From: a bacterium
GTDB taxonomy: Bacteria > Zhuqueibacterota > Zhuqueibacteria > Residuimicrobiales > Krinioviventaceae
Assembly (NCBI GenBank): GCA_963693055.1
Contig: OY843751.1
Span: forward strand, 1,856,001 to 1,920,000
Direction: 5' to 3'
DNA: 64,000 nucleotides
In this document: piece by piece, positions 58,768 through 64,000 of the stretch
Position numbering within the stretch: the first letter of the stretch is position 1
How the letters are laid out: the number at the start of each line of letters is the position of its first letter
Translations under genes and position numbers: made by a program
The notes under the pieces: generated by a model
What the model saw: the letters and a program-made list of their open reading frames with translations, nothing else
Database searches by the model: none
What the model was told of the DNA's origin: nothing

Positions 58768-59733
58768 ATGAAAAAATTAATCGTGTTGTTTGTTTTTTTC
58801 TTATCCGGAGTCACGTTTTCTACGGAATCTGATACTCTTACCGTCTTGCAGCTGACGGATATACATTTCTGTAACCTGGCGGGTTACCATCCGCGTTTTG
58901 TTGAAAAGAGAGAGCATTACGGAAATGTGGCAGCTACTTTTAAATCCTTTCTAAGTGACAAGCCAGAGCAACTCGATGCAGATATGGTTATTATTACAGG
59001 TGATCTGATCGATTACTATGAAGCAGAAACTACCAGAGGTCCCTGGCAGGCAACCCAGGTTGAGCAATTTGTCCCTCTGCTGAGTGAATGTTCTGTACCG
59101 GTTTATTTAACTTTGGGGAATCATGATATTGCATCTTATTGGATAGTTGATAATGAAAAGGAACAGTTCCAGGTTTTTGTTCAGCAGGCTCGTGCGGACT
59201 GGATCCGTAATGCACCAAGCTTTGCGCAAGGGACCTGGTACAGTCGTGATGTCAAAGTTGGCGATAATAAATTGCACTTTATGTTTTTAGATAATGGTTA
59301 CAGTTTGAATAATGGCAGTTATTTGGAAAAAACTCAACTGGATTGGATGAAAAATGATCTGAAGCAGGCGGGCGATACACCAGTGATCATCTTTATGCAT
59401 AAATACCTGCCGGTAAAGGATTATAATAATGACGGAAATGTCTTTAATAGAGATACACAATTGGAAATGAATGCTGAAACCTGCTCTGGTGGATTATTAA
59501 AAATCCTGAATGAAAATAAAAATATTCAAGCTATGATTACCGGCCATGGGCACCGCAGTATAACCGAACCCATAAAATTCCCGGCAGGTCACACAATATT
59601 GCAGGTAGAAACTGCCGCGTTTGCTCAAAATACCGAAAAGCATTGGCGAACATTAAAGATTACAGAAAATTCACTCACCTTGATGGAAACCGGTGGTAAG
59701 GGTGTTGAACAGGTTTTTGAATTTAATCATTAA
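58768..59733 (+). CDS. Secreted calcineurin-like metallophosphoesterase
   Basis: TDIH, TGDLID, LGNHD, FMH, GHGH motifs; signal peptide. Confidence 0.88.
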   Translation: MKKLIVLFVFFLSGVTFSTESDTLTVLQLTDIHFCNLAGYHPRFVEKREHYGNVAATFKSFLSDKPEQLDADMVIITGDLIDYYEAETTRGPWQATQVEQFVPLLSECSVPVYLTLGNHDIASYWIVDNEKEQFQVFVQQARADWIRNAPSFAQGTWYSRDVKVGDNKLHFMFLDNGYSLNNGSYLEKTQLDWMKNDLKQAGDTPVIIFMHKYLPVKDYNNDGNVFNRDTQLEMNAETCSGGLLKILNENKNIQAMITGHGHRSITEPIKFPAGHTILQVETAAFAQNTEKHWRTLKITENSLTLMETGGKGVEQVFEFNH

Positions 59734-59751
59734 TTGATTTGGTGAATTAAA

Positions 59752-60984
59752 ATGAAAAAAAAATATCTGATATTTTCGCTCTTGATTTTCTTTCAACCGC
59801 TTTATTCTCAGGATCTGGGTGAGGTGCTTCCCCAATGGTCTGAAGGATATATGGATATTCACCACATAAATACTGGTAAAGGCGAAAGTGTGTTGTGTGT
59901 CTTGCCAGATGGTACTACGCTGTTAATAGATGCTGGCGCTACCAATCGTCCCAAGCCCAGGGTGACAGACCCCAGGCCAGATGGAAGCAAAACCCCGGGC
60001 GAATGGATTACCCGATATATAAGCCACATGCTTTCTTTCAAGTCAGATATAATGCTGGATTATGTTTTGCTTACCCATTTTCATAATGATCATATGGGTA
60101 GTATTTCCGACGAATCCCCGTTATCCTCAAATCAAAGCTATCGGTTGTCCGGTTTAACCGAGGTGGGGGATAATATACCAATCAAAAAATTAGTTGATCG
60201 TGCCTGGCCGGATTATAATTTTCCGTATCCGCTTAAAAGTCGTATGATTGAGAATTACCGCCAATTTCTTGACTGGCATATAGAAAATTCGGGGTTGATC
60301 GCTGAAAAAATTATCCCCGGTAGTAATGAGCAATTTGTATTAAAAAATGATCCTGCAAAATATCCGGGATTTGAGATCAGAAATATTGCTGCAAATGGAG
60401 AGGTATGGACAGGTGTGGCAAATAATACCACACATCATTTTCCTCTTATTGAAACTTTAGATAAATCTCAATATCCTTCAGAAAATATGTGCAGCAGTGC
60501 TATAAAAATATCATACGGTAGTTTTGATTATTTTAATGGTGGAGATATTACCGGTGTGCTTGATGAAAATTCTCCCGTATGGAGAGATGTTGAAACGCCG
60601 GTAGCAAAAGCCGTTGGACCAGTTGAAGTGAACGAATTGAATCATCATGGGTATACCGATTCTGAAAATGCGTTTTTTGTGAGCACACTCGCTCCTCAGG
60701 TTCACATATTGCAGGTTTGGTCGCCAAGCCATCCTACAATGCGCGTATTGCGTCGGTTACTTTCCACAGATTTGTATCCCGGGCCCCGAGATATTTTTGC
60801 AACCAATATGATGCAGGAGAACAAGGTCGTATTAGGCAGCAATCTGAGTAAATTGAAAAGTGATCAAGGGCATATTCTTGTTAGAGTTGAACCTGGTGGT
60901 AATACTTTTCATGTCATTATTCTGGATGATGCTGCTGAAAGTTATAAAGTGAAATCCGTTCATGGGCCTTATAAAAGCCGATGA
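59752..60984 (+). CDS. Secreted MBL-fold metallohydrolase (ComEC/Rec2-like)
   Basis: LLIDAG, THFHNDHMG, GGD, NHHG; signal peptide. Confidence 0.82.
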   Translation: MKKKYLIFSLLIFFQPLYSQDLGEVLPQWSEGYMDIHHINTGKGESVLCVLPDGTTLLIDAGATNRPKPRVTDPRPDGSKTPGEWITRYISHMLSFKSDIMLDYVLLTHFHNDHMGSISDESPLSSNQSYRLSGLTEVGDNIPIKKLVDRAWPDYNFPYPLKSRMIENYRQFLDWHIENSGLIAEKIIPGSNEQFVLKNDPAKYPGFEIRNIAANGEVWTGVANNTTHHFPLIETLDKSQYPSENMCSSAIKISYGSFDYFNGGDITGVLDENSPVWRDVETPVAKAVGPVEVNELNHHGYTDSENAFFVSTLAPQVHILQVWSPSHPTMRVLRRLLSTDLYPGPRDIFATNMMQENKVVLGSNLSKLKSDQGHILVRVEPGGNTFHVIILDDAAESYKVKSVHGPYKSR

Positions 60985-61020
60985 TTTTACCAGAACCAAA
61001 TACCTGAAAGCGAGAAAAGG

Positions 61021-63231
61021 ATGAGAACCAACAAAAGGAAAAGATCAGGTAGTCTTTTAATTCTTTGTATTATTGTTTTTATAACAACTGTTAATGTATT
61101 TGCCGCTGAGATCAAGGGTGTAATTACAGATGCAGATAAAAACACACCATTGTCTGGTGTAAATGTAACTGTTAAAGGAACTGATACAGGTGCATCAACA
61201 AATGCACATGGTGAATATACCATCAAAGGGATTCAACCCGGAACGTATTCACTTGTTATTTCCATGATGGGATATAAAGAACAGATTCAATCTGTTAACG
61301 TTTCTTTGTCAAAATCAGCAACAGCAAATGCAGAATTGTCTCCTATAGTGATCCCCATGCAGGCTGTACAGATTATGGGCAGAAGTACACGTAATATAAT
61401 TGAAAATCCGGAAATGGTTTCCCCCGGTTTGGGAATTTCAACTACTATAATTGATCGCAAAGAAATCGAAAAACAAGCACCCGTTACTTTGATAGATGCT
61501 ATGCAATATATTCCGGGAGCAGTAGTTGAAACACGCGGACGTAAAGTAAAACAGTTTTTCTCTGTTCGCGGGCAGCGATATCCATATCCCGATTATGCTA
61601 TTGACGGCGTTTGGCAAAAAGAATTCCATGAAACACCCTATGTATTTCCGGCATCCATGATCGAATCCATCCAGATCATACGGTCAAGTGCTGCTTTGTT
61701 ATCCGGATTAGGCGGGTTATCGGGAGTCATTGATGTGAAAACCCGCGAGTTTGAAGATCCTGAAACCACAACTGAACTGGAATATGGTTCTTTTAATACG
61801 TTACGTGGGAATGTTTCTCATGGCGCAACCCGAGGCACGGTTTCATATGCGGGAGGGATTGGTTATTATCAGACTGACGGCCCAGATGATAGACATGCAG
61901 CCGAAACCCTTGCAAACGGGTTTGCCAAAGTTAAATGGCAGCCATCTGACAAATTTTATGTACAGTCTTCAATTATCCATCTCAATGGAAGCCGTGAACT
62001 TGCTACAGGTTTGCCACCGGCTGCTGATAAATTTCAAGTGAACCTTGAAGAATTTGATCCTGTAAAGACAAGTATTGTTTCACTGCGATCTCAATATATT
62101 GAAAGTGAGAATGCTTCTACAGAAATCAAACTGTCTTATGCGGACCGTAAACCGGTATATCATAGTGAGAACACTAAATCGGGTGCGGTTGCTGAACAGA
62201 ACGAATATGATCATGAGTTTAATGCCGGTCTGATTCAATCATTGTCTCTGATACCTAATAATGTATTAAGAGCGGGTTTGTTGTACAATCACTGGGTTGC
62301 TCCTGAAGGAAAGCGTTTCTATGCCGGTAAACCCTGTGATACTGAAACCATTGCCGCAGTCTTGACAGATGAGCACCAGTTTGGTCGTTTGCAGATTGAC
62401 GCGGGATTTAAGTGGCAGCGTTCATATTATAACGAGTATGGTGGCTTTGGTATAGATGGAAGTGCCAAAGGTTTTCAAAAAGTTGAACCTATTATGGATG
62501 AATGGCAAAAGCCATTGTTGATTGGTTCTTTGGGAATGTCTTATTACTTGAATCAGAGCATTACCCTGAACCTGAATGTTTCTGCCGGAAGCATTGAACC
62601 CAGAAGCGGCAGTCTGGATGTAAACATGGCAGAACCTCTGAATGAAAAACGTAACCAGATTGATGCGGGCGTTCATTACAATATTGAAAATGTGGGTGAT
62701 ATTGCGTTTACTGCCTTTACAGTTTATCAGCAGGATGCTATTGTACTGAGTGGTAAAACCTATACATTAAATGATAAAGTGATGGAACTGTACCTGAACC
62801 GTGATCAGGTACAAACCGGTATTGAAGTGGAAGCCAGGGCCAATACTCTGTGGGAAACCATTCAGCCTTTTTGTAATGTAACCTGGATGGTCAGTAAACA
62901 GGATGAGGATGGAGACATGGTGGAATCTAAAGAGTTTCCAACACTGGTTTCATCTGCGGGTATTTATGGGAAATGGTCACGTTTGGATGTAAATATGCTG
63001 ATCAAGTATATTTCATCTTTTGAAAATTCGCGTTTTTCTGCAATACCTGAACCGCAGCCATTGGGTGATTTTGTAAATATGGATATCATTGCCGGATGGG
63101 ATTTTGCTCCTCTGCTACCCGTGCATGTGTACGCAGAGATACGAAATGTTACTGACGAATTATATTCTACCGTTGTAGGATTTCCTGATTTTGGTCGTCG
63201 ATTTAACTTGAGAGTAGTACATCGTTTTTAA
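61021..63231 (+). CDS. TonB-dependent receptor with N-terminal carboxypeptidase-regulatory-like domain
   Basis: IKGVITD...PLSGVNV...GASTNAHGEY; plug (DAMQYIPG, SVRG, IDGV, IESIQIIR, GVIDV.T); C-terminal NVTDE.Y...GRRF...F. Confidence 0.9.
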   Translation: MRTNKRKRSGSLLILCIIVFITTVNVFAAEIKGVITDADKNTPLSGVNVTVKGTDTGASTNAHGEYTIKGIQPGTYSLVISMMGYKEQIQSVNVSLSKSATANAELSPIVIPMQAVQIMGRSTRNIIENPEMVSPGLGISTTIIDRKEIEKQAPVTLIDAMQYIPGAVVETRGRKVKQFFSVRGQRYPYPDYAIDGVWQKEFHETPYVFPASMIESIQIIRSSAALLSGLGGLSGVIDVKTREFEDPETTTELEYGSFNTLRGNVSHGATRGTVSYAGGIGYYQTDGPDDRHAAETLANGFAKVKWQPSDKFYVQSSIIHLNGSRELATGLPPAADKFQVNLEEFDPVKTSIVSLRSQYIESENASTEIKLSYADRKPVYHSENTKSGAVAEQNEYDHEFNAGLIQSLSLIPNNVLRAGLLYNHWVAPEGKRFYAGKPCDTETIAAVLTDEHQFGRLQIDAGFKWQRSYYNEYGGFGIDGSAKGFQKVEPIMDEWQKPLLIGSLGMSYYLNQSITLNLNVSAGSIEPRSGSLDVNMAEPLNEKRNQIDAGVHYNIENVGDIAFTAFTVYQQDAIVLSGKTYTLNDKVMELYLNRDQVQTGIEVEARANTLWETIQPFCNVTWMVSKQDEDGDMVESKEFPTLVSSAGIYGKWSRLDVNMLIKYISSFENSRFSAIPEPQPLGDFVNMDIIAGWDFAPLLPVHVYAEIRNVTDELYSTVVGFPDFGRRFNLRVVHRF

Positions 63232-63248
63232 TTTATGAAAAAAGTAGT

Positions 63249-64000
63249 ATGAAAAAGAAAATTATGATTCTATTTGCCGGGACCCTGTTTTTTATGGTCC
63301 TGGCAAAATCGTTTGTATTTGCATGTAATGTTCCTGTCTTTCGATACGCTTTAGAACGCTGGAGTGCTGATCCATATCGGCTAATCGTGTTTTATGAAAA
63401 CCATTTTTCTGAAGATGAAAAGACGTTGATTAAAGAACTGGAACACTCTGCAGCGGATTCTTCTTTAAATATCTCGATTACACTTGTTAATACCCATGAT
63501 GTTCCCGAGAATGCAAGACCCGTGAATGCCACACAATATCCCTGGATGGAATTGCATTATCCTGAATCAGCAAATATTCGGGGGCATGTTTGGGCCAATG
63601 CTTTTACTCGTGAAAATGCAGCATTAATTTCAGATTCAGAGATGTTGGCTGAATTGTCAGCCCGGTTGATCAATGGTGATGCCGCAGTCTGGATTTTTCT
63701 GGAATGCAGTGATGAAGAGAAAAATGCTGATGCTAGATCCTTGTTGGAAAAGACATTAAAAAACATGACAAAAGAACTCAAAGTTCCAACAGTTGGGTTT
63801 GACATTAATGGAAATGAGATCAAGGTTAATGATTTTAAAGATTATGATGTTACCTTTTCAATGCTCTCATTGTCCAGAAAAAATACAAATGAATCGGTTC
63901 TGGTGCAAATTTTACTGGGTTCTGAAGAAGATTTGACGTATTTTGATGAGCCTATGGCGTTTCCGGTTTTTGGAAGAGGCCGGGCTTTATATGGATTGAT
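63249..64000 (+). CDS. Hypothetical exported protein, truncated at window end (not in ORF track)
   Basis: Open frame from ATG 63249 to the window end: MKKKIMILFAG...ACNVPVFRYALERW...FPVFGRGRALYGL; signal peptide. Confidence 0.75.
   Translation, partial: MKKKIMILFAGTLFFMVLAKSFVFACNVPVFRYALERWSADPYRLIVFYENHFSEDEKTLIKELEHSAADSSLNISITLVNTHDVPENARPVNATQYPWMELHYPESANIRGHVWANAFTRENAALISDSEMLAELSARLINGDAAVWIFLECSDEEKNADARSLLEKTLKNMTKELKVPTVGFDINGNEIKVNDFKDYDVTFSMLSLSRKNTNESVLVQILLGSEEDLTYFDEPMAFPVFGRGRALYGL

Noticed and set aside
50102-61020. Cobalamin riboswitch ahead of the corrinoid operon or TonB receptor
   Set aside because: No B12-box or GGGAA...GCCACTG-type core found in the intergenic regions I read.

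Overview
AT-rich, gene-dense bacterial chromosomal segment. Gene content (LPS heptosyltransferases, TonB-dependent receptor, PorZ-like protein with a T9SS-type C-terminal domain, DUF5916 proteins) suggests a diderm of the wider FCB group, such as KSB1 or Calditrichota; this placement is inference. The left half (1-36 kb) is mostly housekeeping: the end of argF, an LPS-core/glycosyltransferase cluster interrupted by a promoter-bearing cassette (very acidic Trp-rich protein plus Nudix hydrolase), trpEGDCFBA, ribD-ribE-ribBA-ribH, a PorZ-like propeller protein, recN, a cpoB-like gene, dnaE, RNase HI, rfbA, carAB and a hybrid histidine kinase. The right half (36-64 kb) is a glycan-utilisation-like region with no recognisable susD: two tandem FadL/PorV-like outer-membrane paralogues, two DUF5916 proteins, a sulfatase, two GH92 enzymes, a Tat oxidoreductase, phosphoesterases and a TonB receptor. 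Embedded in it is a four-gene GntR / MtaA-thioredoxin fusion / CobW / corrinoid-protein operon. Best leads: (1) this B12-dependent methyl-transfer module inside a glycan locus, a candidate sugar O-demethylation system; (2) a trp attenuator with a 4-Trp leader peptide and two tandem terminators apparently coupled by a second antiterminator; (3) a roughly 55% Asp/Glu protein with spaced Trp residues, sitting behind a perfect 18-bp palindrome. I saw no rRNA, tRNA, CRISPR array, transposase or integrase.
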